Assembly: GCA_030699245.1 (NCBI GenBank)
Contig: JAUYJX010000036.1
Coordinates: 752-24,751, forward strand
Length of the DNA: 24,000 nt
Direction: 5' to 3'
Source: a bacterium
GTDB lineage: Bacteria; Patescibacteriota; Saccharimonadia; CAILAD01; JAUYJX01
A program made the translations under genes and the position numbers. This document shows positions 15,073 to 23,079 of the stretch, one piece after another. How positions within the stretch are numbered: the first letter of the stretch is position 1; every line of letters begins with the position of its first letter. The notes under the pieces were generated by a model, which was not told the DNA's origin, ran no database searches, and saw nothing but the letters and a program-made list of their open reading frames with translations.

Positions 15073-15462
15073 TTAATTTGGCTTGGTGATATTAGGTTCT
15101 CTGTCGTAGTCAGGTATTACCCATTCATTTGACTTGGCATTTTTAAAACCATGCGGAATCTGGGATAACCAATCTTTGCCTTTGGTCTTAAAAACTTTGA
15201 TATCTAAACTATAAGCTAAGGCATTAGACAGCGATGTACCAATGCGCAGTCCGGTAAAAGAGCCTTCACCGCTAAACACACAAACACCGCTTAGATTCTT
15301 AAAGTCCAGACTATTTTTTTTAAGCAAATTTTTGATTTTCGGAAGTAGCGTATCGGCTAATTGTCGGCCGGCTTTCCATTGATATTTATCAATAACCATT
15401 CCTGATTCTTTGAGTATATATAACTCGGCTTCATTTGCGTCAGTTTTTATCGCTAAGATCAT
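15073..15462 (-). CDS. tsaB: tRNA t6A biosynthesis protein TsaB (short, N-terminal domain only)
   Basis: 129 aa. Contains ILAIKTD...VFSGEGSFTGLRIGTSLSNALAYSL, the YeaZ/TsaB N-domain pattern. Overlaps the tsaE 3' end by 23 nt. Confidence 0.75.
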   Translation of the reverse strand: MILAIKTDANEAELYILKESGMVIDKYQWKAGRQLADTLLPKIKNLLKKNSLDFKNLSGVCVFSGEGSFTGLRIGTSLSNALAYSLDIKVFKTKGKDWLSQIPHGFKNAKSNEWVIPDYDREPNITKPN

Positions 15463-15943
15463 AGTTAATTTTATCTAAAACTTTTTTACTTAGATCCCCT
15501 ATTGCAGAAATTTCAATATCTCGGATATTTTCATCAACAAAATGTAAATCGATAATGAGTCTATCGTTTTTTAATCTGTGGTGAAAATTTTTTGCCCATT
15601 CCACAACTACTATACTTTTGCCATAATTTAAAACTTCTTCCAATTCATTCAATATGATTTTATCATTTTCCAGCCTATAAAGGTCAAAGTGTTCCAGTGA
15701 ATTACCGCCTGGCAGTTGATAACTTCTTTGAATGTTAAAAGTCGGAGAAGTGATTGTTTTAGTGATTCCCAAGCCTTTAGCTAGTCCCTTTATGGCTGTG
15801 GTTTTTCCGCCTCCTAAATCGCCAACAAATTCAATTAATTGTCCAGGTCTAATATATTTAGCGATTGCTGCGCCAAGCGCTAAGCTTTCTTCTGATGATG
15901 TGGTAGTAACTTTTAATTTCTGGCCGGTATTCATAGATTCCAT
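15440..15943 (-). CDS. tsaE: tRNA t6A biosynthesis ATPase TsaE
   Basis: Walker A GDLGGGKTT, SPTFNI and HFDLYRL motifs. The ORF opens at 15964; ATGs at 15943 or 15934 give the usual ~37 aa before the P-loop. Start is uncertain. Confidence 0.8.
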   Translation of the reverse strand: MESMNTGQKLKVTTTSSEESLALGAAIAKYIRPGQLIEFVGDLGGGKTTAIKGLAKGLGITKTITSPTFNIQRSYQLPGGNSLEHFDLYRLENDKIILNELEEVLNYGKSIVVVEWAKNFHHRLKNDRLIIDLHFVDENIRDIEISAIGDLSKKVLDKINYDLSDKN

Positions 15944-17165
15944 ACCCAATAGTACCTGCGCCAAGCGCTATTAGCAACCAGTTCCACAAATTGCGGTTTT
16001 TAATTCCATCATTATTTGAAAAAGAGGAGTCATTTCCTTTTTTACCGATACTAGCTATTTTTGGTTTTTTGGACTTTTTCTCAGAAGCAATTTTACTCTT
16101 TTTGGAACCAATTGATTTGGCTTTCTTTTTTGAACTGGTTTTAGCTGAATTTGCACTTTCTTCACCTTTAACATAGAGTGCGCTATTAGTGGTGCCTGGA
16201 GTCGGTGCAACTGTCCACCCCCAGCCTTGGGTAGTTAAACCCCAGCTAAGTCCTTCTTCTGCTTTACCGTAATCAGCAGTTTGATCAACTGCCTGTCCTA
16301 AGGGATTAAATAGACTAATTATATCGCCATCGTTATTTAGACTAATACTGGTGTCTTTGGACGAAATAACTAAATATAGGTTTGCGCCAATTATTTGGTC
16401 AGCGAAAGCATAAATATTATTTGAATTATCGCGCAAACTCCAGCTTTTTAAATTCACATCGAAATTATTGGGGTTATAAATTTCGATAAATTCATCATTG
16501 CTATCAGTCTGTGGACTGGCAGGATCAGGAAAGATTTCAGTAATCATTAAATTTGGGTAGGTATTATTATTGCTAAGCTGGTCTTCATTTTCATTATTTG
16601 GATTAAATTGAGGTGGTTTATCTGGTGTTGGTAAAGATGAGATTTCAAAATCATTAAAATTATTAACAGTGTTTTGCAAGCCCAAACCATTAGTGTTATA
16701 AATGCGCTGCAAACTTTCACCAGCTATAGGTGCCAGTGCAGACTGAATCAAAGGCTTATCACCGTTACCCCAAGCCAGCTGATCCGCTATATTGCCCTTG
16801 GTATCAGTAATTCTGATATTGCCGCCTGTTTGTGACAGTCCGGAGGACATCTTAGTATCGGCTTCAACTAAGGTTGCAGCTAAATAATAACTATTAGGAG
16901 CTAGCACTTTGCCATTTTCGATAACTGCTTTCTTATACCAAGTTGTGCCAGTTGCTGATTTATAGCTAATTTGCCATCCGCTTAAATCAATGTCTGAACC
17001 GCTAGAATTAAATAATTCAATAAACTCATCACTAGCGTTAGTGGAGCTACCCATCGATACTTCACTAAATAAAATACCAGACTCTGCAGCATAAGCAATT
17101 TTTCCAGGTAAAAAATTTAAGAAAATCGCTATTAATAATCCAAAAAAACTTAATCTAGAGTACAT
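15858..17165 (-). CDS. surface protein with two lamin-tail (LTD) domains, Lys-rich linker and C-terminal TM anchor
   Basis: 435 aa with a signal peptide. LTD signatures SDEFIELFNSSGSDIDLSGWQISY and NDEFIEIYNPNNFDVNLKSWSLRD. KKKAKSIGSKKSKIASEKKSKKPK linker, then the TM helix WNWLLIALGAGTIGYGIY. Confidence 0.8.
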   Translation of the reverse strand: MYSRLSFFGLLIAIFLNFLPGKIAYAAESGILFSEVSMGSSTNASDEFIELFNSSGSDIDLSGWQISYKSATGTTWYKKAVIENGKVLAPNSYYLAATLVEADTKMSSGLSQTGGNIRITDTKGNIADQLAWGNGDKPLIQSALAPIAGESLQRIYNTNGLGLQNTVNNFNDFEISSLPTPDKPPQFNPNNENEDQLSNNNTYPNLMITEIFPDPASPQTDSNDEFIEIYNPNNFDVNLKSWSLRDNSNNIYAFADQIIGANLYLVISSKDTSISLNNDGDIISLFNPLGQAVDQTADYGKAEEGLSWGLTTQGWGWTVAPTPGTTNSALYVKGEESANSAKTSSKKKAKSIGSKKSKIASEKKSKKPKIASIGKKGNDSSFSNNDGIKNRNLWNWLLIALGAGTIGYGIYEYRPEIKSYYHIIRRKLSAWRSNR

Positions 17166-17240
17166 AACTAGATATTTTACAAATTCAAAAATTGAAAGTA
17201 AAGCATAAGTAATTCTGTTTAGTGCTAAGCGCTTATACTA

Positions 17241-17270
17241 TTGACCAGATAAGCATAGCGGCTATATAAT
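17241..17270 (+). promoter_or_regulatory. candidate promoter of the pilin-like gene
   Basis: TTGACC(17241-17246), then TATATA/TATAAT (17263-17270) at a 16-18 nt spacing, about 50 nt before the ATG at 17318. Confidence 0.45.
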
Positions 17271-17317
17271 CAATTTATCTTTAGAAGTATTAGGAATAAT
17301 GAGAGGCGGTAGAAGAT

Positions 17318-17731
17318 ATGTTAAACAAACTTAAAAGCATGCAAGGCCAAAAAGGTTTCACGCTAATAGAGATAATTATAGTAATTGTGATTATTGGTAT
17401 TTTGGCGGCAATTTTGATTCCGAGTTTGATTTCGGGTCCTACAAAAGCTCGTGACTCAGAGAGAAAGGGTGACTTGCGCACCTTAAAGATTAAATTGGAA
17501 GAATATTTTCAGGATAACAGTGTCTACCCTGCAACATTATCTGATTTGACTGGCGGTAATCCACCTTACATTAAGACCGTACCCGTTGATCCAAAAAACA
17601 AGCAAAATTATAACTATACACCTGCTCCAGCCGGTGGCCCCTACACTAGCTATACATTAACAGCCACCCTGGAAAACAAGAATGATAAAGAAGCGCCCAA
17701 CGGTGCCTTTACCGTAGATTCTTCTAACTAA
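17318..17731 (+). CDS. type IV pilin / type II pseudopilin-like protein with prepilin N-terminal methylation motif
   Basis: 137 aa. QKGFTLIEIIIVIVIIGILAAI is the class III signal peptide plus hydrophobic helix. The following ARDSERKGDL is GspG/PilA-like. Confidence 0.85.
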   Translation: MLNKLKSMQGQKGFTLIEIIIVIVIIGILAAILIPSLISGPTKARDSERKGDLRTLKIKLEEYFQDNSVYPATLSDLTGGNPPYIKTVPVDPKNKQNYNYTPAPAGGPYTSYTLTATLENKNDKEAPNGAFTVDSSN

Positions 17732-17754
17732 TATCCGTCTCAAGACAAGGATTG

Positions 17755-18312
17755 CTAACCAGTTAGTTTGCCTAGAGGGTTTGTTTCGGGGTTATCTTTG
17801 CGAAAGTCTTTATGGAGTTTAATGATTACTTGCTCAATCTCATAGGGATGAGGTACAAAATCTAGATGGAAATTTTCTCTCTCACCTGCTGTCTGAACAA
17901 TAATTGTACCAAACTGCAAAATAGTTTGTATGGGACCATTAACATTAATGCTTACATCCTGAATGTTTGCCAGTGATAAGGTAGCTACATTGCGCCTAAA
18001 TAAGCCGAGTTGATCCATATCTATAATATTTTCATTGGTCATTACGACTCTGTTTGAATGCCAAATCCAAATAACTCCAAAAGTGAAAATGCCTATTAAT
18101 GCTAGAAACGCAAAAATTGCTAATATTGCTAATGCTGAATTTGTACTGCTACCAAGGCTAGGCTGATTAAGGGCTATATAATAAACGCCAAACAGACAAA
18201 GCAGAGTTAATGCAATACTCACAAAGATAAAAGGAGCAATGGACATCCAATGTTTGTATACAGTTTTGACTATTCTTTCGTTTTCGCCTAAAGCAAAGTT
18301 GTTTGTCCCCAT
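17755..18312 (-). CDS. membrane protein with bacterial PH (bPH_2, YdbS/YdbT-like) domain
   Basis: 185 aa. Two TM helices, then RRNVATLSLANIQDVSINVNGPIQTILQFGTIIVQTAG, typical of bPH_2. Confidence 0.65.
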   Translation of the reverse strand: MGTNNFALGENERIVKTVYKHWMSIAPFIFVSIALTLLCLFGVYYIALNQPSLGSSTNSALAILAIFAFLALIGIFTFGVIWIWHSNRVVMTNENIIDMDQLGLFRRNVATLSLANIQDVSINVNGPIQTILQFGTIIVQTAGERENFHLDFVPHPYEIEQVIIKLHKDFRKDNPETNPLGKLTG

Positions 18313-18339
18313 AAACCAAGTTTAGCTGAAAAAAAATAT

Positions 18340-19368
18340 TTATAAAAGTTTTTGCTGGTCTTTTTTGGATTTTTTGATATCTAAGTGTTTATAGGCTTTT
18401 TCTGTAACTTTTCTCCCTCTATGAGTTCGTTCCAAAAAACCAATCTGAATTAAATAAGGTTCATAGACATCTTCTATTGTTTGACGCTCCTCGTTAGCTG
18501 CAGCTGCTATCGCAGCTACGCCCACTGGACCGCCTTTATAATTCTTGATGATAGTTAATAAGATATGCCGATCACTAGAATCAAGACCTATTTCGTCAAC
18601 TTCTAAAAGCTTTAGTGAACTATCAACCTGACTAAGATTAATTTTTCCATCTCCGTGAACTTGCGCATAATCACGAACTCTCTTGAGTAAACGATTGGCA
18701 ATTCTGGGAGTTAATCTTGAGCGCTTTGAAAGTTCTGCCAGGGCATTTTTTTCTGCTTGCAAATTCATGATTCTTGCTGAACGCTTGAGAATCTCCTCTA
18801 TTTCATCTACTAGGTAATAATTAAGCCGATGAATAATGCCAAAACGATCACGAAAAGGCCCTGATAATGCACCGAACCGGGTAGTTGCACCAATTATCGT
18901 AAATTTGGGCAGATCGAGTCTCAAGCTTTGAGCCGAAGGACCTTTACCCAGCATTATATCCAGCACATAATCCTCCATTGCCGGATATAAAATCTCTTCA
19001 ACATTTCTGGGAAGCCGGTGAATTTCATCAATAAACAGAACGTCACCATCGTTCATATTGGTCAGAATTGAAGCCAAATCACCAGCTCGTTCTATTGCCG
19101 GGCCACTGGTTACTTTGACAGCTCGTTTCATTTCATTGGCAATCACATTAGCAAGTGTTGTTTTACCAAGTCCTGGTGGTCCGTACAAAAGGACATGATC
19201 AAGTGATTCTTTACGATTTTTGGCAGCTCTAATTGCTAAATCAACGCTTTTCTTGACCTGTTTTTGTCCGATATATTCGCTAAATTTTCGAGGGCGTAAT
19301 GTTTCTTCAAACTTAATATCAACCTTTTCCTCATCTTTTTTATTTGTATCGGTTTTTCGTTCAATCAT
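18340..19368 (-). CDS. ruvB: Holliday junction branch migration helicase RuvB
   Basis: 342 aa. Walker [12 protein letters not shown], Walker [10 protein letters not shown], and a RuvB winged-helix C-terminus. Confidence 0.95.
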   Translation of the reverse strand: MIERKTDTNKKDEEKVDIKFEETLRPRKFSEYIGQKQVKKSVDLAIRAAKNRKESLDHVLLYGPPGLGKTTLANVIANEMKRAVKVTSGPAIERAGDLASILTNMNDGDVLFIDEIHRLPRNVEEILYPAMEDYVLDIMLGKGPSAQSLRLDLPKFTIIGATTRFGALSGPFRDRFGIIHRLNYYLVDEIEEILKRSARIMNLQAEKNALAELSKRSRLTPRIANRLLKRVRDYAQVHGDGKINLSQVDSSLKLLEVDEIGLDSSDRHILLTIIKNYKGGPVGVAAIAAAANEERQTIEDVYEPYLIQIGFLERTHRGRKVTEKAYKHLDIKKSKKDQQKLL

Positions 19369-19919
19369 TTTGATAGTTGCTTTAATGCTAGTTTAACTTT
19401 TTCATTTACATTAATATCATCTGGCAAGTTCTTGACTGCTTCATTAGCTTGCATGTTGTTATAACCAAGGGTAATTAATGCTTGATAGGCAGGGTCTTTA
19501 GAGTTGTCAGCTTTTGCGCTCAAATCAATTTTACCTTTTAATTCTATGATAATTCTCTGAGCAGTTTTGGCACCCACGCCCAAAATATTTTTGAACACTT
19601 CGACTTTGCCGGATAAGGCTGCTTTCTGCAGATTTTCCACACTATCGGTGGAAAGTATTGTCATAGCCATCTTCGGTCCTACTCCGCTGATTGCTACTAG
19701 CTGGCCGTAGAAGTTTTTCTGCTGCTCATCACTAAAACCAAATAAACTATAGTGATCTTCACGGATATATTCAGCTATGAGCAAAGCAGTTTTTTGACCA
19801 ACTTGACTGTTAACTAACAGCTGATCAGTAACAAATATTTCATAGCCAATGCCGTTCACTTCAACAATTAGTCCGTTTGCAGACTTGCCGGTTACTATCC
19901 CTTTGAGACTCGCAATCAT
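19365..19919 (-). CDS. ruvA: Holliday junction DNA-binding protein RuvA
   Basis: 184 aa. Contains MIASLKG...GIGYEI...LFGF...ISGVGPKMA (HhH motifs). 4-nt overlap with ruvB. Confidence 0.92.
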   Translation of the reverse strand: MIASLKGIVTGKSANGLIVEVNGIGYEIFVTDQLLVNSQVGQKTALLIAEYIREDHYSLFGFSDEQQKNFYGQLVAISGVGPKMAMTILSTDSVENLQKAALSGKVEVFKNILGVGAKTAQRIIIELKGKIDLSAKADNSKDPAYQALITLGYNNMQANEAVKNLPDDINVNEKVKLALKQLSK

Positions 19920-19944
19920 AGATTAATTCTAACAGATAGTTGCT

Positions 19945-20445
19945 TTACGGTAAATGTTCGTTTTTTATCAATCGATTCTTAACTGCTGCACTATGGCAAA
20001 TTGCGATTGCCAGGGCATCAGCGGCATCGTCCGGTTTAGGGATTAATTTAAGGTTTAGAATAGTTTTTACCATCTGTTGAATTTGTTTTTTGGTCGCTTG
20101 CCCATATCCGGTAACTGCCTGTTTGACCTGCAATGGCGTGTATTCGGCAATATTCAAATCAGCTTTCTGTGCAGCAAGTAAAACTACTCCCCTTGCCTGC
20201 CCTACACTAATGGCAGTTTTGGTATTGGCAGCAAAAAACAATTGCTCAATCGCTATCCAATCCGGTTTTGATGACTTAATAATTTTCTCTAGATCATCAA
20301 AAATAATTTTTAGACGCTGTGGCATTGGTAGTTTATGATTAGTTGTAATAACCCCATGATCAATCATTTTTAATTTCACATCTTTAAATTCAATTACACC
20401 AAAGCCAGTCGTCGCCGTACCAGGATCTATACCGAGAATTACCAT
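19945..20445 (-). CDS. ruvC: crossover junction endodeoxyribonuclease RuvC
   Basis: 166 aa. Contains ILGIDPGTATTGFGVI...QVKQAVTGYGQATKKQ...DAADALAIAICH. Confidence 0.93.
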   Translation of the reverse strand: MVILGIDPGTATTGFGVIEFKDVKLKMIDHGVITTNHKLPMPQRLKIIFDDLEKIIKSSKPDWIAIEQLFFAANTKTAISVGQARGVVLLAAQKADLNIAEYTPLQVKQAVTGYGQATKKQIQQMVKTILNLKLIPKPDDAADALAIAICHSAAVKNRLIKNEHLP

Positions 20446-21182
20446 TACGCAAGTTCTTTTAAGATATTATCATCAATATCGAAATTGGCATAAACATTCA
20501 CTACATCATCATTGTCTTCCAGACTATTGATTAGCTTGAGTAAACTATTTGCTTTTAGTGAATCGGTAATCTTTATAGTTTGAGTTGGCTTCATATCCAA
20601 TTCAGCTGATTCTATCTTATCTTTACCCAGCACACTTTTAACTTTTTCTAGTTCATTTAGTTCGGTATAAATAATTAGTTGATCTGAGCTGTCATCAATA
20701 TCGCTTGCGCCTGCTTCGATTGCCTTGAGGCTCATTTCATCTTTACTTAGCCTCGGCTTTAGGGTGATCATACCTTTTTGTTCAAAAAGATATGCAACTG
20801 ATCCGCTTCCACTTAAATTCCCGCCATATTTAGAAAAAATTGATCTGATTTCAGAAGCTGTGCGGTTGCGGTTGTCACTCAGAGCCTTGACCATAATCGC
20901 AACGCCCATCGGACCATAGCCTTCATAATTCAGCTCTTCCAAACTGGAACCATCGCCACTGCCTGAACCTCTGGCAATAGATCGATCAATATTTACTGAA
21001 GGCATATTTGCTTGTTTGGCTTTTTGGATAGCTAAACGCAAACGGAAATTCATACCTGGATCACTGCCATCTTTGGCTGATAGCGCAATTTCATTAGCTA
21101 ATTTAGTAAAAAGCTTACCTCGCCGGGCATCAGTCACTGCTTTTTGATGTTTAATTGAATGCCACTTAGAATGTCCGCTCAT
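20445..21182 (-). CDS. yebC: YebC/PmpR family DNA-binding transcriptional regulator
   Basis: 245 aa. MSGHSKWHSIKHQKAVTDARRGKLFTKL is the canonical N-terminus. Located upstream of ruvCAB, as in many bacteria. Confidence 0.93.
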   Translation of the reverse strand: MSGHSKWHSIKHQKAVTDARRGKLFTKLANEIALSAKDGSDPGMNFRLRLAIQKAKQANMPSVNIDRSIARGSGSGDGSSLEELNYEGYGPMGVAIMVKALSDNRNRTASEIRSIFSKYGGNLSGSGSVAYLFEQKGMITLKPRLSKDEMSLKAIEAGASDIDDSSDQLIIYTELNELEKVKSVLGKDKIESAELDMKPTQTIKITDSLKANSLLKLINSLEDNDDVVNVYANFDIDDNILKELA

Positions 21183-21223
21183 ATCTTTTTGTTCCTTTAT
21201 CTATTATATATATTTGCTAGTTT

Positions 21224-21269
21224 AAAAAAAGGCTGGAAATCCCCGTCTGCCTTGGCTTCAAGCCTTTTT
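21224..21269 (-). terminator. probable terminator overlapping the comEC stop
   Basis: Minus strand: aaaaaggct...agccttttt outer pairing encloses a GC-rich segment and is followed by a U7 run. Confidence 0.45.
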
Positions 21270-22670
21270 AGAATCCAAGAATTCCTGCTTATTCCTAATT
21301 AAGGCAAAGAGAAAGAGCACAGAATACATTAAAACTACCGAATAGATAGAGACGGCAGAAATTTTGACCGCTGAAATCTTAAAACTTGCAAGGTATTTGA
21401 TCAAATCCAAGAGTAACTCAATGAACTTAGCTAGCGGTAAAAAGATCAGTGAAACAATATATGCTGATAAAAGTATGCCTAGTATACCGGCCAAAAAACC
21501 AAACAGCATCAGTACGGGGATTAATGGCATTATTAAGATGTTAGCTAAAGGTGAAATAATAGAGACTTGCCCGAATTTATAAGCTATCAATGGAAAAGTT
21601 GCCAGTTGAGCTGAGAGTGAAACAGCAACAATTTCTTTTAAGAGATTGGGCATTCTTTTCGGTAAAAATGCTTTAATCTTAGGTGAAAATAGCACAATAC
21701 CACTTAGAGCTAAGAAGGAAAGCTGCCAGCCAAGATCGCTGATCAAATAGTTGGGATTATAAGCACAAGTAATAATTGCTGTTAGGGAAACTGCAGTTAT
21801 AACTTTGATATCCCGGCCGTAAAATCTGACAATCATAAAAATCACCGACATAATTCCAGCCCTAACAATTGAAGCTGACCCACCGGTAAGCACCACAAAA
21901 CCAGCAATTAGCCAAATTGAAGTGATCAGACTCCCCCATCTCCAGTGACCCTTGAGCCTCCTGTCTAAAAAGCCAATAATAATCGTCAGGTTATAACCAG
22001 AAACTGCTACAATATGTGACAAACCGCTGATAGATAAGTAATCCTGCAGATTTTTCGGTAATGAAGAACGTGCGCCAATTAATATACCAATCATAAATGA
22101 ACTAGCTGGCTCAGGTAAGGCTCTTTTCACCCCAGTAACAAATAGGGATTTAATTTTAACTAGGATTGGTTGATCGGGATTAATTATTTCAATTTTAGCA
22201 AAACTGATTTGGCTTTCAGCTTTACCACGAGTTGGCTTGATTTTCCCTCTGACAATAATTTTCTGTCCATCTTTTAGATTGGGAAAAAGTGTTTTCACCT
22301 TTACTTCTCCACCAATCTTTTTGCCGTCAATTGATAAATTATCCAATATCAGTACATTATTAAAATACTGGTCTTTATAGACATCGCCCTTGATATTACC
22401 GGTAACTGATTGTTTCTGGTCTTGATAGCCGCTGATATTATTTTGACTACTAAAGTATACAAAAGTCTGATAGCGAAAGATTCCGATGCAGATTGCGAGT
22501 AATAAAAACAGCACATAACCGATCTTGGACTTGACGAAAAACAGGCTGGTGATAATTAAAATTATTGGGATTAACCATAAAAAATTTAAATCAAATAAAA
22601 AATTAGCCGAAAATATAATACCGGCTAAAAAACCAATAGTTATTAAAAGTATCTGTAGATTTCTTTTCAT
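21258..22670 (-). CDS. comEC: ComEC/Rec2 family DNA internalisation channel (no metallo-beta-lactamase domain)
   Basis: 470-aa polytopic ORF with an OB-like DUF4131-type N-terminal region (GNIKGDV...KVKTLFPN...IIVRGKIKPTRG). Competence-domain pattern SGLSHIVAVSGYNLTII. Confidence 0.8.
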   Translation of the reverse strand: MKRNLQILLITIGFLAGIIFSANFLFDLNFLWLIPIILIITSLFFVKSKIGYVLFLLLAICIGIFRYQTFVYFSSQNNISGYQDQKQSVTGNIKGDVYKDQYFNNVLILDNLSIDGKKIGGEVKVKTLFPNLKDGQKIIVRGKIKPTRGKAESQISFAKIEIINPDQPILVKIKSLFVTGVKRALPEPASSFMIGILIGARSSLPKNLQDYLSISGLSHIVAVSGYNLTIIIGFLDRRLKGHWRWGSLITSIWLIAGFVVLTGGSASIVRAGIMSVIFMIVRFYGRDIKVITAVSLTAIITCAYNPNYLISDLGWQLSFLALSGIVLFSPKIKAFLPKRMPNLLKEIVAVSLSAQLATFPLIAYKFGQVSIISPLANILIMPLIPVLMLFGFLAGILGILLSAYIVSLIFLPLAKFIELLLDLIKYLASFKISAVKISAVSIYSVVLMYSVLFLFALIRNKQEFLDSKKA

Positions 22671-22831
22671 GAGGGCAATAGGTTACCCTCTTAAAAGCAT
22701 TATGAGCCCCTCGACCCATTCGACTTTTGCTCAGGGTCGCCTTGAGCGAAGTCGAAAGACGACTATACTCGGGGCAAATTTAAATCGTATGTCCTTCGAC
22801 TTTGCTCAGGACAATCCGTCAGCTGATGGAT
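22671..22831 (-). repeat. GC-rich hairpin cluster between tRNA-Lys(TTT) and comEC
   Basis: Long imperfect hairpin 22719-22756. Repeated ttcgac(t)tttgctcagg at 22719-22735 and 22795-22810. Hairpin caatcc/ggattg at 22812-22833. Terminal hairpin gaggg/ccctc (22671-22690) abuts the comEC ATG. Confidence 0.6.
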
Positions 22832-22908
22832 TGGAGGGCCCGGCGGGACTCGAACCCGCGACGCACAGCTTAAAAGGCTGTCGCTCTGACCAACTGAGCT
22901 ACGGGCCC
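22832..22908 (-). tRNA. tRNA-Lys (anticodon TTT)
   Basis: Minus-strand 77-nt cloverleaf. Acceptor gggcccg/cgggccc, anticodon loop cttttaa, T-arm gcggg-ttcgagt-cccgc, CCA encoded. Confidence 0.9.
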
Positions 22909-23030
22909 ACACTACGCTCCGGTTTGGCACCGGAGCTTCAAGGGGCAAGCCTCGTCTCCATTTTACACTGCTTGCCCGCCAAAGCACGAGTATTACCGAG
23001 AGCGACGGCGGGAGCTACGGGCCCTCGTCA
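22909..23030 (-). repeat. GC-rich hairpin cluster upstream of tRNA-Lys(TTT) containing a partial copy of the tRNA 5' end
   Basis: Perfect 8-bp hairpins gctccggt/accggagc (22916-22936) and gggcaagc/gcttgccc (22943-22977). The 13-mer gagctacgggccc occurs at 22896-22908 (inside the tRNA) and again at 23012-23024. Confidence 0.6.
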
Positions 23031-23079
23031 AAATAACCTAATTATTTTAATCTGGCAAACAGCTTTAGTCAATCAGTAT

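Noticed and set aside
17226-17235. 10-bp perfect palindrome taagcgctta in the LTD/pilin divergent region
   Set aside because: It is short and single-copy, so it is expected by chance in 24 kb. It is only noted as a possible operator.
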